This document shows, in pieces, positions 25,161 to 37,400 of a stretch of DNA of 64,000 bases. Source of the DNA: Eledone cirrhosa (Eukaryota); the NCBI GenBank assembly GCA_964016885.1, contig OZ024744.1, forward strand, positions 128,340,001 to 128,404,000, written 5' to 3'. Numbering within the stretch: the stretch's first letter is position 1; every line of letters starts with the position of its first letter. The position numbers were made by a program, and so were the translations under genes. The notes below the pieces were generated by a model. It saw only the letters and a program-made list of their open reading frames with translations. It made no database searches and was not told where the DNA came from.

Positions 25161-27517
25161 GGGTAAGTTAAGTTGGGGTTAAGTTAAGTTGGGGTTAAGT
25201 TAAGTTGGGGTTAAGTTAAGTTGGGGTTAAGTTAAGTTGGGGTTAAGTTAAGTTGGGGTTAAGTTAAGTTGGGGGTAAGTTAAGTTGGGGTTAAGTTAAG
25301 TTGGGGTTAAATTAAGTTGAGGTTAAGTTAATTTGGGGTTAAGTTAAGTTGGGGTTAAGTTAAGTTGGGGGTAAGATAAGTTGGGGCTAAGTTAAGTTGG
25401 GGCTAAGTCAAGTTGGGGTTAAGTCAAGTTGAGGTTAACTTAAGTTGGGGTTAAGTTAAGTTGGGGTTAAGTTAAGTTGGGGTTAAGGTAAGTTGGGGTT
25501 AAGTTAAGTTGGGATTAAGTTAAGTTGGGGTTAAGTTAAGTTGGGGTTAAGTTAAGTTAGGGTTAATTTCAGTTGGGGTTATGTTAAGTTGGGGTTAAGT
25601 TAAGTTGGGGTTAAGTTAACTTGAGGTTAAGTTAAGTTGGAGTTAAGTTAAGTTGGGGTTAAGCTAAGTTGGGGTTAAGTTAATTTGCGGTTAAGTTAGG
25701 TTGTGGGTTAAGTTAAGTTGGGGTTAAGTTAAGCTGGGGTTAAGTTAGGGTAAGTTAAGTTGGGGCTAAGTTAAGTTGGGGTTAAGTTAAGTTGGGGTTA
25801 AGTTAGGTTGGGGTTAAGTTAAGTTGGGGTTGAGTTAAGTTGGGGTTGAGTTAAGTTGGGGTTGAGTTAAGTTGGGGTTAAGTTAAGTTGGGGTTAAGTT
25901 AAGTTGGGGTTAAGTTAAGTTGGGGTTAAGTTAAGTTGGGGTTAAGTTAAGTTGGGGGTAAGTTAAGTTGGGGGCAAGTTAAGTTGGGGTTAAGTTAAGT
26001 TGGGGTTAAGTTAAGTTGGGGTTAAGTTAATTTGGGGTTAAGTTAAGTTGGGGTTAAGTTAAGTTAGGGTTAATTTCAGTTGGGGTTATGTTAAGTTGGG
26101 GTTAAGTTAAGTTGGGGTAAAGTTAAGTTGGGGTTAAATTAAGTTGGGGTTAAGTTAAGTTGTGGTTAAGTTAAGTTGGGGTTATATTAAGTTGGGGTTC
26201 AGTTAAGTTGGGGTTAAATTAAGTTGGGGTTAAGTTAAGTTGGGGTTAGTTAAGTTGGGGTTAAGTTAAGTTGGGGTTAAGTTAAGTTGGGGTTAAGTTA
26301 AGTTGGGGTTAAGTTAAGTTGGCGTTAAGTTAAGTTGGGGTTAAGTTAAGTTGGGGTTAAATTAAGTTGGGGTTAAGTTAAGTTGGGGTTAATTTAAGTT
26401 GGGGTTAAGTTTAGTTGGGGTTAAGTTAAGTTGGAGTTAAGTCAAGTTGGGGTTAAGTCAAGTTGGGGTTAAGTCAAGTTGGGGTTAAGTCAAGTTGGGG
26501 TTAAGTTAAGTTGGGGTTAAGTTAAGTTGGGGTTAAGTTAAGTTGGGGTTAAGTTAAGTTGGAGTTAAGTTAAGTTGGAGTTAAGTTAAGTTGGGGTTAA
26601 GCTAAGTTGGGGTTCAGTTAAGTTGGGGTTAAGTTAATTTGGGGCTGAGTTAAGTTGGGGTTAAGTTAAGTTCGGGTTGAGTTAAGTTGGGGTTAAGTTA
26701 AGTTGGGGTTAAGTTAAGTTGGGGTTAAGTTAAGTTGGGGTTAAGATAAGTTGGGGTTAAGTTAAGTTGGGGTTAATTTCAGTTGGGGTTGAGTTAATTT
26801 GGGTTTAAGTTAAGTTGGGCTAAACTTAAGTTGGGGTTAAGTTGGGGTTAAGTTAAGTTGGGGTTAAGTTAAGTTGGGGGTAAGTTAAGTTGGGGGCAAG
26901 TTAAGTTGGGGTTAATTTAAGTTGGGGTTAAGTTAAGTTGGGGTTATGTTAAGTTGGGGTTAAGTTAAGTTGGGGTTAAGTTAAGTTGGGGGTAACTTAA
27001 GTTGGGGTTAAGTTAAGTTGAGGGTAAGTTAAGTTGAGGGTAAGTTAAATCGAGGTTAAGTTAAGTTGGGGTTAAGTTAAGTTGGGGGTAAGTTAAGTTG
27101 GGGGTAAGTTAAGTTGGGGTTAAGTTAAGTTGGGGTTAAATTAAGTTGAGGTTAAGTTAATTTGGGGTTAAGTTAAGTTGGGGGTTATTTAAGTTGGGGC
27201 AAGTTAAGTTGGGGTTAATTTAAGTTGGGGTTAAGTTAAGTTGGGGTTATGTTAAGTTGGGGTTAAGTTAAGTTGGGGTTAAGTTAAGTTGGGGGTAAGT
27301 TAAGTTGGGGGCAAGTTGAGTTGGGGTTAAGTTAAGTTGGGTTTAAGTTAAGTTGGGGCTAAGTTAAGTTGGGGTTAAGTTAAGTTGGGGCTGAGTTAAG
27401 TTGGGGTTAAGTTAAGTTGGGGTTGAGTTAAGTTGGGGTTAACTTAAGTTGGGGTTAAGTTGGGGTTAAGTTAAGTTGGGGTTAAATTAAGTTGGGGGTT
27501 AGTTAAGTTGGGGCAAT

Positions 27518-30500
27518 TTAAGTTGGGGTTAATTTAAGTTGGGGTTAAGTTAAGTTGGGGTTATGTTAAGTTGGGGTTAAGTTAAGTTGGGGTTAAGTTA
27601 AGTTGGGGGTAAGTTAAGTTGGGGTTAAGTTAAGTTGGGGGTAAGTTAAGTTGAGGGTAAGTTAAGTTGGGGTTAAGTCAAGTTGGGGTTAAGTTAAGTT
27701 GGGGTTAAGTTAAGTTGGGGTTGAGTTAAGTTGGGGTTGAGTTAAGTTGGGGTTAAGTTAAGTTGGGTGTAAGTTAAGTTGGGGTTAAGTTAAGTTGGGG
27801 TTAAGTTAAGTTGGGGTTAAGTTAAGTTGGGGGTAAGTTAAGTTGGGGGCAAGTTAAGTTGGGGTTAAGTTAAGTTGGGGTTAAGTTAAGTTGGGGTTAA
27901 GTTAAGTTGGGGTTAAGTTAAGTTGGGGTTAAGTTAAGTTGGGGTTAAGTTAAGTTGGGGGTAAGTTAAGTTGGGGTTAAGTTAAGTTGGGGTTAAATTA
28001 AGTTGAGGTTAAGTTAATTTGGGGTTAAGTTAAGTTGGGGTTAAGTTAAGTTGGGGGTAAGATAAGTTGGGGCTAAGTTAAGTTGGGGCTAAGTCAAGTT
28101 GGGGTTAAGTCAAGTTGAGGTTAACTTAAGTTGGGGTTAAGTTAAGTTGGGGTTAAGTTAAGTTGGGGTTAAGGTAAGTTGGGGTTAAGTTAAGTTGGGA
28201 TTAAGTTAAGTTGGGGTTAAGTTAAGTTGGGGTTAAGTTAAGTTAGGGTTAATTTCAGTTGGGGTTATGTTAAGTTGGGGTTAAGTTAATTTGGGGTTAA
28301 GTTAACTTGAGGTTAAGTTAAGTTGGAGTTAAGTTAAGTTGGGGTTAAGCTAAGTTGGGGTTAAGTTAATTTGCGGTTAAGTTAGGTTGTGGGTTAAGTT
28401 AAGTTGGGGTTAAGTTAAGCTGGGGTTAAGTTAGGGTAAGTTAAGTTGGGGGTAAGTTAAGTTGGGGTTAAGTTAAGTTGGGGTTAAGTTAGGTTGGGGT
28501 TAAGTTAAGTTGGGGTTAAGTTAAGTTGGGGTTGAGTTAAGTTGGGGTTGAGTTAAGTTGGGGTTAAGTTAAGTTGGGGTTAAGTTAAGTTGGGGTTAAG
28601 TTAAGTTGGGGGCAAGTTAAGTTGGGGTTAAGTTAAGTTGGGGTTAAGTTAATTTGGGGTTAAGTTAAGTTGGGGTTAAGTTAAGTTAGGGTTAATTTCA
28701 GTTGGGGTTATGTTAAGTTGGGGTTAAGTTAAGTTGGGGTAAAGTTAAGTTAGGGTTAAGTTAAGTTGGGGTTAAGTTAAGTTGGGGTTAAATTAAGTTG
28801 GGGTTAAGTTAAGTTGGGGTTAAGTTAAGTTGGGGTTATATTAAGTTGGGGTTCAGTTAAGTTGGGGTTAAATTAAGTTGGGGTTAAGTTAAGTTGGGGT
28901 TAGTTAAGTTGGGGTTAAGTTAAGTTGGGGTTAAGTTAAGTTGGGGTTAAGTTAAGTTGGGGTTAAGTTAAGTTGGCGTTAAGTTAAGTTGGGGTTAAGT
29001 TAAGTTGGGGTTAAATTAAGTTGGGGTTAAGTTAAGTTGGGGTTAATTTAAGTTGGGGTTAAGTTTAGTTGGGGTTAAGTTAAGTTGGAGTTAAGTCAAG
29101 TTGGGGTTAAGTCAAGTTGGGGTTAAGTCAAGTTGGGGTTAAGTCAAGTTGGGGTTAAGTTAAGTTGGGGTTAAGTTAAGTTGGGGTTAAGTTAAGTTGG
29201 GGTTAAGTTAAGTTGGAGTTAAGTTAAGTTGGAGTTAAGTTAAGTTGGGGTTAAGCTAAGTTGGGGTTCAGTTAAGTTGGGGTTAAGTTAATTTGGGGCT
29301 GAGTTAAGTTGGGGTTAAGTTAAGTTCGGGTTGAGTTAAGTTGGGGTTAAGTTAAGTTGGGGTTAAGTTAAGTTGGGGTTAAGTTAAGTTGGGGTTAAGA
29401 TAAGTTGGGGTTAAGTTAAGTTGGGGTTAATTTCAGTTGGGGTTGAGTTAATTTGGGTTTAAGTTAAGTTGGGCTAAACTTAAGTTGGGGTTAAGTTGGG
29501 GTTAAGTTAAGTTGGGGTTAAGTTAAGTTGGGGGTAAGTTAAGTTGGGGGCAAGTTAAGTTGGGGTTAATTTAAGTTGGGGTTAAGTTAAGTTGGGGTTA
29601 TGTTAAGTTGGGGTTAAGTTAAGTTGGGGTTAAGTTAAGTTGGGGGTAACTTAAGTTGGGGTTAAGTTAAGTTGAGGGTAAGTTAAGTTGAGGGTAAGTT
29701 AAATCGAGGTTAAGTTAAGTTGGGGTTAAGTTAAGTTGGGGGTAAGTTAAGTTGGGTGTAAGTTAAGTTGGGGTTGAGTTAAGTTGGGGTTAAATTAAGT
29801 TGAGGTTAAGTTAATTTGGGGTTAAGTTAAGTTGGGGGTTAGTTAAGTTGGGGCAAGTTAAGTTGGGGTTAATTTAAGTTGGGGTTAAGTTAAGTTGGGG
29901 TTATGTTAAGTTGGGGTTAAGTTAAGTTGGGGTTAAGTTAAGTTGGGGGTAAGTTAAGTTGGGGTTAAGTTAAGTTGGGGTTAAGTTAAGTTGGGGTTAA
30001 GTTAAGTTGGGGTTGAGTTAAGTTGGGGTTGAGTTAAGTTGGGGTTAAGTTAAGTTGGGTGTAAGTTAAGTTGGGGTTAAGTTAAGTTGGGGTTAAGTTA
30101 AGTTGGGGTTAAGTTAAGTTGGGGGTAAGTTAAGTTGGGGGCAAGTTAAGTTGGGGTTAAGTTAAGTTGGGGTTAAGTTAAGTTGGGGTTAAGTTAAGTT
30201 GGGGTTAAGTTAAGTTGGGGTTAAGTTAAGTTGGGGGTAAGTTAAGTTGGGGTTAAGTTAAGTTGGGGTTAAATTAAGTTGAGGTTAAGTTAATTTGGGG
30301 TTAAGTTCAGTTGGGGTTAAGTTAAGTTGGGGGTAAGATAAGTTGGGGCTAAGTTAAGTTGGGGCTAAGTCAAGTTGGGGTTAAGTCAAGTTGAGGTTAA
30401 CTTAAGTTGGGGTTAAGTTAAGTTGGGTGTAAGTTAAGTTGGGGTTAAGTTAAGTTGGGGTTAAGTTAAGTTGGGGTTAAGTTAATTTGGGGCTGAGTTA

Positions 30501-33500
30501 AGTTGGGGTTAAGTTAAGTTGGGGTTAAGATAAGTTGGGGTTAAGTTAAGTTGGGGTTAATTTCAGTTGGGGTTGAGTTAATTTGGGTTTAAGTTAAGTT
30601 GGGCTTAACTTAAGTTGGGGTTAAGTTGGGGTTAAGTTAAGTTGGGGTTAAGTTAAGTTGGAGGTAAGTTAAGTTGGGGGCAAGTTAAGTTGCGGTTAAT
30701 TTAAGTTGGGGTTAAGTTAAGTTGGGGTTATGTTAAGTTGGGGTTAAGTTAAGTTGGGGTTAAGTTAAGTTGGGGGTAACTTAAGTTGGGGTTAAGTTAA
30801 GTTGAGGGTAAGTTAAGTTGAGGGTAAGTTAAATTGAGGTTAAGTTAAGTTGGGGTTAAGTTAAGTTGGGGGTAAGTTAAGTTGGGGGTAAATTAAGTTG
30901 GGGTTAAGTTAAGTTGGGGCTAAGTCAAGTTGGGGTTAAGTCAAGTTGAGGTTAACTTAAGTTGGGGTTAATTTAAGTTGGGGTTAAGTTAAGTTGGGGT
31001 TATGTTAAGTTGGGGTTAAGTTAAGTTGGGGTTAAGTTAAGTTGGGGGTAAGTTAAGTTGGGGTTAAGTTAAGTTGGGGGTAAGTTAAGTTGAGGGTAAG
31101 TTAAGTTGGGGTTAAGTCAAGTTGGGGTTAAGTTAAGTTGGGGTTAAGTTAAGTTGGGGTTGAGTTAAGTTGGGGTTGAGTTAAGTTGGGGTTAAGTTAA
31201 GTTGGGTGTAAGTTAAGTTGGGGTTAAGTTAAGTTGGGGTTAAGTTAAGTTGGGGTTAAGTTAAGTTGGGGGTAAGTTAAGTTGGGGGCAAGTTAAGTTG
31301 GGGTTAAGTTAAGTTGGGGTTAAGTTAAGTTGGGGTTAAGTTAAGTTGGGGTTAAGTTAAGTTGGGGTTAAGTTAAGTTGGGGTTAAGTTAAGTTGGGGG
31401 TAAGTTAAGTTGGGGTTAAGTTAAGTTGGGGTTAAATTAAGTTGAGGTTAAGTTAATTTGGGGTTAAGTTAAGTTGGGGTTAAGTTAAGTTGGGGGTAAG
31501 ATAAGTTGGGGCTAAGTTAAGTTGGGGCTAAGTCAAGTTGGGGTTAAGTCAAGTTGAGGTTAACTTAAGTTGGGGTTAAGTTAAGTTGGGGTTAAGTTAA
31601 GTTGGGGTTAAGGTAAGTTGGGGTTAAGTTAAGTTGGGATTAAGTTAAGTTGGGGTTAAGTTAAGTTGGGGTTAAGTTAAGTTAGGGTTAATTTCAGTTG
31701 GGGTTATGTTAAGTTGGGGTTAAGTTAATTTGGGGTTAAGTTAACTTGAGGTTAAGTTAAGTTGGAGTTAAGTTAAGTTGGGGTTAAGCTAAGTTGGGGT
31801 TAAGTTAATTTGCGGTTAAGTTAGGTTGTGGGTTAAGTTAAGTTGGGGTTAAGTTAAGCTGGGGTTAAGTTAGGGTAAGTTAAGTTGGGGGTAAGTTAAG
31901 TTGGGGTTAAGTTAAGTTGGGGTTAAGTTAGGTTGGGGTTAAGTTAAGTTGGGGTTAAGTTAAGTTGGGGTTGAGTTAAGTTGGGGTTGAGTTAAGTTGG
32001 GGTTAAGTTAAGTTGGGGTTAAGTTAAGTTGGGGTTAAGTTAAGTTGGGGGCAAGTTAAGTTGGGGTTAAGTTAAGTTGGGGTTAAGTTAATTTGGGGTT
32101 AAGTTAAGTTGGGGTTAAGTTAAGTTAGGGTTAATTTCAGTTGGGGTTATGTTAAGTTGGGGTTAAGTTAAGTTGGGGTAAAGTTAAGTTAGGGTTAAGT
32201 TAAGTTGGGGTTAAGTTAAGTTGGGGTTAAATTAAGTTGGGGTTAAGTTAAGTTGGGGTTAAGTTAAGTTGGGGTTATATTAAGTTGGGGTTCAGTTAAG
32301 TTGGGGTTAAATTAAGTTGGGGTTAAGTTAAGTTGGGGTTAGTTAAGTTGGGGTTAAGTTAAGTTGGGGTTAAGTTAAGTTGGGGTTAAGTTAAGTTGGG
32401 GTTAAGTTAAGTTGGCGTTAAGTTAAGTTGGGGTTAAGTTAAGTTGGGGTTAAATTAAGTTGGGGTTAAGTTAAGTTGGGGTTAATTTAAGTTGGGGTTA
32501 AGTTTAGTTGGGGTTAAGTTAAGTTGGAGTTAAGTCAAGTTGGGGTTAAGTCAAGTTGGGGTTAAGTCAAGTTGGGGTTAAGTCAAGTTGGGGTTAAGTT
32601 AAGTTGGGGTTAAGTTAAGTTGGGGTTAAGTTAAGTTGGGGTTAAGTTAAGTTGGAGTTAAGTTAAGTTGGAGTTAAGTTAAGTTGGGGTTAAGCTAAGT
32701 TGGGGTTCAGTTAAGTTGGGGTTAAGTTAATTTGGGGCTGAGTTAAGTTGGGGTTAAGTTAAGTTCGGGTTGAGTTAAGTTGGGGTTAAGTTAAGTTGGG
32801 GTTAAGTTAAGTTGGGGTTAAGTTAAGTTGGGGTTAAGATAAGTTGGGGTTAAGTTAAGTTGGGGTTAATTTCAGTTGGGGTTGAGTTAATTTGGGTTTA
32901 AGTTAAGTTGGGCTAAACTTAAGTTGGGGTTAAGTTGGGGTTAAGTTAAGTTGGGGTTAAGTTAAGTTGGGGGTAAGTTAAGTTGGGGGCAAGTTAAGTT
33001 GGGGTTAATTTAAGTTGGGGTTAAGTTAAGTTGGGGTTATGTTAAGTTGGGGTTAAGTTAAGTTGGGGTTAAGTTAAGTTGGGGGTAACTTAAGTTGGGG
33101 TTAAGTTAAGTTGAGGGTAAGTTAAGTTGAGGGTAAGTTAAATCGAGGTTAAGTTAAGTTGGGGTTAAGTTAAGTTGGGGGTAAGTTAAGTTGGGTGTAA
33201 GTTAAGTTGGGGTTGAGTTAAGTTGGGGTTAAATTAAGTTGAGGTTAAGTTAATTTGGGGTTAAGTTAAGTTGGGGGTTAGTTAAGTTGGGGCAAGTTAA
33301 GTTGGGGTTAATTTAAGTTGGGGTTAAGTTAAGTTGGGGTTATGTTAAGTTGGGGTTAAGTTAAGTTGGGGTTAAGTTAAGTTGGGGGTAAGTTAAGTTG
33401 GGGTTAAGTTAAGTTGGGGTTAAGTTAAGTTGGGGTTAAGTTAAGTTGGGGTTGAGTTAAGTTGGGGTTGAGTTAAGTTGGGGTTAAGTTAAGTTGGGTG

Positions 33501-34410
33501 TAAGTTAAGTTGGGGTTAAGTTAAGTTGGGGTTAAGTTAAGTTGGGGTTAAGTTAAGTTGGGGGTAAGTTAAGTTGGGGGCAAGTTAAGTTGGGGTTAAG
33601 TTAAGTTGGGGTTAAGTTAAGTTGGGGTTAAGTTAAGTTGGGGTTAAGTTAAGTTGGGGTTAAGTTAAGTTGGGGGTAAGTTAAGTTGGGGTTAAGTTAA
33701 GTTGGGGTTAAATTAAGTTGAGGTTAAGTTAATTTGGGGTTAAGTTCAGTTGGGGTTAAGTTAAGTTGGGGGTAAGATAAGTTGGGGCTAAGTTAAGTTG
33801 GGGCTAAGTCAAGTTGGGGTTAAGTCAAGTTGAGGTTAACTTAAGTTGGGGTTAAGTTAAGTTGGGTGTAAGTTAAGTTGGGGTTAAGTTAAGTTGGGGT
33901 TAAGTTAAGTTGGGGTTAAGTTAATTTGGGGCTGAGTTAAGTTGGGGTTAAGTTAAGTTGGGGTTAAGATAAGTTGGGGTTAAGTTAAGTTGGGGTTAAT
34001 TTCAGTTGGGGTTGAGTTAATTTGGGTTTAAGTTAAGTTGGGCTTAACTTAAGTTGGGGTTAAGTTGGGGTTAAGTTAAGTTGGGGTTAAGTTAAGTTGG
34101 AGGTAAGTTAAGTTGGGGGCAAGTTAAGTTGCGGTTAATTTAAGTTGGGGTTAAGTTAAGTTGGGGTTATGTTAAGTTGGGGTTAAGTTAAGTTGGGGTT
34201 AAGTTAAGTTGGGGGTAACTTAAGTTGGGGTTAAGTTAAGTTGAGGGTAAGTTAAGTTGAGGGTAAGTTAAATTGAGGTTAAGTTAAGTTGGGGTTAAGT
34301 TAAGTTGGGGGTAAGTTAAGTTGGGGGTAAATTAAGTTGGGGTTAAGTTAAGTTGGGGCTAAGTCAAGTTGGGGTTAAGTCAAGTTGAGGTTAACTTAAG
34401 TTGGGGTTAA
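27518..34410 (+). repeat. Near-perfect tandem duplication, period 3439 bp (27518-30971 vs 30957-34410)
   Basis: GTTATATT at 28835/32274, AAATCGAGG at 29701/33140 and GAGGTAAG at 30661/34100 all give offset 3439. A partial third copy lies 2654 bp upstream (GTTATATT 26181, AAATCGAGG 27047). Confidence 0.92.
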
Positions 34411-37400
34411 GTTAAGTTGGGGTTAAGTTAAGTTGGGGTTAAGGTAAGTTGGGGTTAAGTTAAGTTGGGGCTAAGTTAAGTTGGGGCTAAGTTAAGTTGG
34501 GGCTGAGTTAAGTTGGGGTTAAGTTGGGGTTGAGTTAAGTTGGGGTTAAGTTAAGTTGGGATTAAGTTAAGTTGGGGTTAAGTTAAGTTCGGGTTGAGTT
34601 AAGTTGGGGTTAAGTTAAGTTGGGGTTAATTTAAGTTGGGGTTAAGTTAAGTTGGGGTTAAGATAAGTTGGGGTTAAGTTAAGTTGGGGTTAAGTTAAGT
34701 TGGGGTTGAGTTAATTTGGGGTTAAGTTAAGTTGGGGTTAACTTAAGTTGGGGTTAAGTTAAGTTGGGGTTAAGTTAAGTTGGGGGTAAGTTAAGTTGGG
34801 GGCAAGTTGAGTTGGGGTTAAGTTAAGTTGGGGTTAAGTTAAGGTGGGGGTAAGTTAAGTTGGGGGTAAGTTAAGTTGGGGCTAAGTTAAGATGGGGCTA
34901 AGTTAAGTTGGGGCTGAGTTAAGTTGGGGTTAAGTTAAGTTGGGGTTGAGTTAACTGGGGTTAACTTAAGTTGGGGTTAAGTTGGGGTTAAGTTAAGTTG
35001 GGGTTAAATTAAGTTGGGGGTTAGTTAAGTTGGGGCAAGTTAAGTTGGGGTTAATTTAAGTTGGGGTTAAGTTAAGTTGGGGTTATGTTAAGTTGGGGTT
35101 AAGTTAAGTTGGGGTTAAGTTAAGTTGGGGGTAAGTTAAGTTGGGGTTAAGTTAAGTTGGGGGTAAGTTAAGTTGAGGGTAAGTTAAGTTGGGGTTAAGT
35201 CAAGTTGGGGTTAAGTTAAGTTGGGGTTAAGTTAAGTTGGGGTTCAGTTAAGTTGGGGTTGAGTTAAGTTGGGGTTGAGTTAAGTTGGGGTTAAGTTAAG
35301 TTGGGTGTAAGTTAAGTTGGGGTTAAGTTAAGTTGGGGTTAAGTTAAGTTGGGGGTAATTTAAGTTGGGGGCAAGTTAAGTTGGGGTTAAGTTAAGTTGG
35401 GGTTAAGTTAACTTGGGGTTAAGTTAAGTTGGGGGTAAGATAAGTTGGGGCTAAGTTAAGTTGGGGCTAAGTCAAGTTGGGGTTAAGTCAAGTTGAGGTT
35501 AACTTAAGTTGGGGTTAAGTTAAGTTGGGGTTAAGTTAAGTTGGGGTTAAGGTAAGTTGGGGTTAAGTTAAGTTGGGGTTAAGTTAAGTTGGGGTTAAGT
35601 TAAGTTGGGGTTAAGTTAAGTTAGGGTTAATTTCAGTTGGGGTTATGTTAAGTTGGGGTTAAGTTAAGTTGGGGTTAAGTTAAGTTGGGGTTAAGTTGGG
35701 GTTAAGTTAAGTTGGGGTTAAGTTAAGTTGGGGGTAAGTTAAGTTGGGGGCAAGTTAAGTTGGGGTTAATTTAATTTGGGGTTAAGTTAACTTGGGGTTA
35801 TGTTAAGTTGGGGTTAAGTTAAGTTGGGGTTAAGTTAAGTTGGGGGTAACTTAAGTTGGGGTTAAGTTAAGTTGAGGGTAAGTTAAGTTGAGGGTAAGTT
35901 AAATTGAGGTTAAGTTAAGTTGGGGTTAAGTTAAGTTGGGGGTAAGTTAAGTTGGGGGTAAGTTAAGTTGGGGTTAAGTTAAGATGGGGTTAAATTAAGT
36001 TGAGGTTAAGTTAATTAGGGTTAAGTTAAGTTGGGGTTAAGTTAAGTTGGGGGTAATATAAGTTGGGGTTGAGTTAATTTGGGGTTAAGTTAAGTTGGGG
36101 TTAACTTAAGTTGGGGTTAAGTTAAGTTGGGGTTAAGTTAAGTTGGGTGTAAGTTAAGTTGGGGGCAAGTTGAGTTGGGGTTAAGTTAAGTTGGGGTTAA
36201 GTTAAGGTGGGGGTAAGTTAAGTTGGGGGTAAGTTAAGTTGGGGCTAAGTTAAGTTGGGGCTAAGTTAAGTTGGGGCTGAGTTAAGTTGGGGTTAAGTTA
36301 AGTTGGGGTTGAGTTAAGTTGGGGTTAACTTAAGTTGGGGTTAAGTTGGGGTTAAGTTAAGTTGGGGTAAAATTAAGTTGGGGGTTAGTTAAGTTGGGGC
36401 AAGTTAAGTTGGGGTTGAGTTAAGTTGGGGTTAAATTAAGTTGGGGTTATGTTAAGTTGGGGTTAAGTTAAGTTGGGGTTAAGTTAAGTTGGGGTTGAGT
36501 TAAGTTGGGGTTAAATTAAGTTGGGGTTATGTTAAGTTGGGGTTAAGTTAAGTTGGGGTTAAGTTAAGTTGGGGGTAAGTTAAGTTGGGGTTAAGTTAAG
36601 TTGGGGGTAAGTTAAGTTGAGGGTAAGTTAAGTTGGGGTTAAGTCAAGTTGGGGTTAAGTTAAGTTGGGGTTAAGTTAAGTTGGGGTTCAGTTAAGTTGG
36701 GGTTGAGTTAAGTTGGGGTTAAGTTAAGTTGGGTGTAAGTTAAGTTGGGGTTAAGTTAAGTTGGGGTTAAGTTAAGTTGGGGTTAAGTTAAGTTGGGGGT
36801 AAGTTAAGTTGGGGGCAAGTTAAGTTGGGGTTAAGTTAAGTTGGGGTTAAGTTAACTTGGGGTTAAGTTAAGTTGGGGTTAAGTTAAGTTGGGGTTAAGT
36901 TAAGTTGGGGTTAAGTTAAGTTGGGGTTAAGTTAAGTTGGGGGTACGTTAAGGTGGGGTTAAGTTAAGTTGGGGTTAAATTAAGTTGAGGTTAAGTTAAT
37001 TTGGGGTTAAGTTAAGTTGGGGTTAAGTTAAGTTGCGGGTAAGATAAGTTGGGGCTAAGTTAAGTTGGGGCTAAGTCAAGTTGGGGTTAAGTCAAGTTGA
37101 GGTTAACTTAAGTTGGGGTTAAGTTAAGTTGGGGTTAAGTTAAGTTGGGGTTAAGGTAAGTTGGGGTTAAGTTAAGTTGGGGTTAAGTTAAGTTGGGGTT
37201 AAGTTAAGTTGGGGTTAAGTTAAGTTAGGGTTAATTTCAGTTGGGGTTATGTTAAGTTGGGGTTAAGTTAAGTTGGGGTTAAGTTAAGTTGGGGTTAAGT
37301 TGGGGTTAAGTTAAGTTGGGGTTAAGTTAAGTTGGGGGTAAGTTAAGTTGGGGGCAAGTTAAGTTGGGGTTAATTTAAGTTGGGGTTAAGTTAACTTGGG

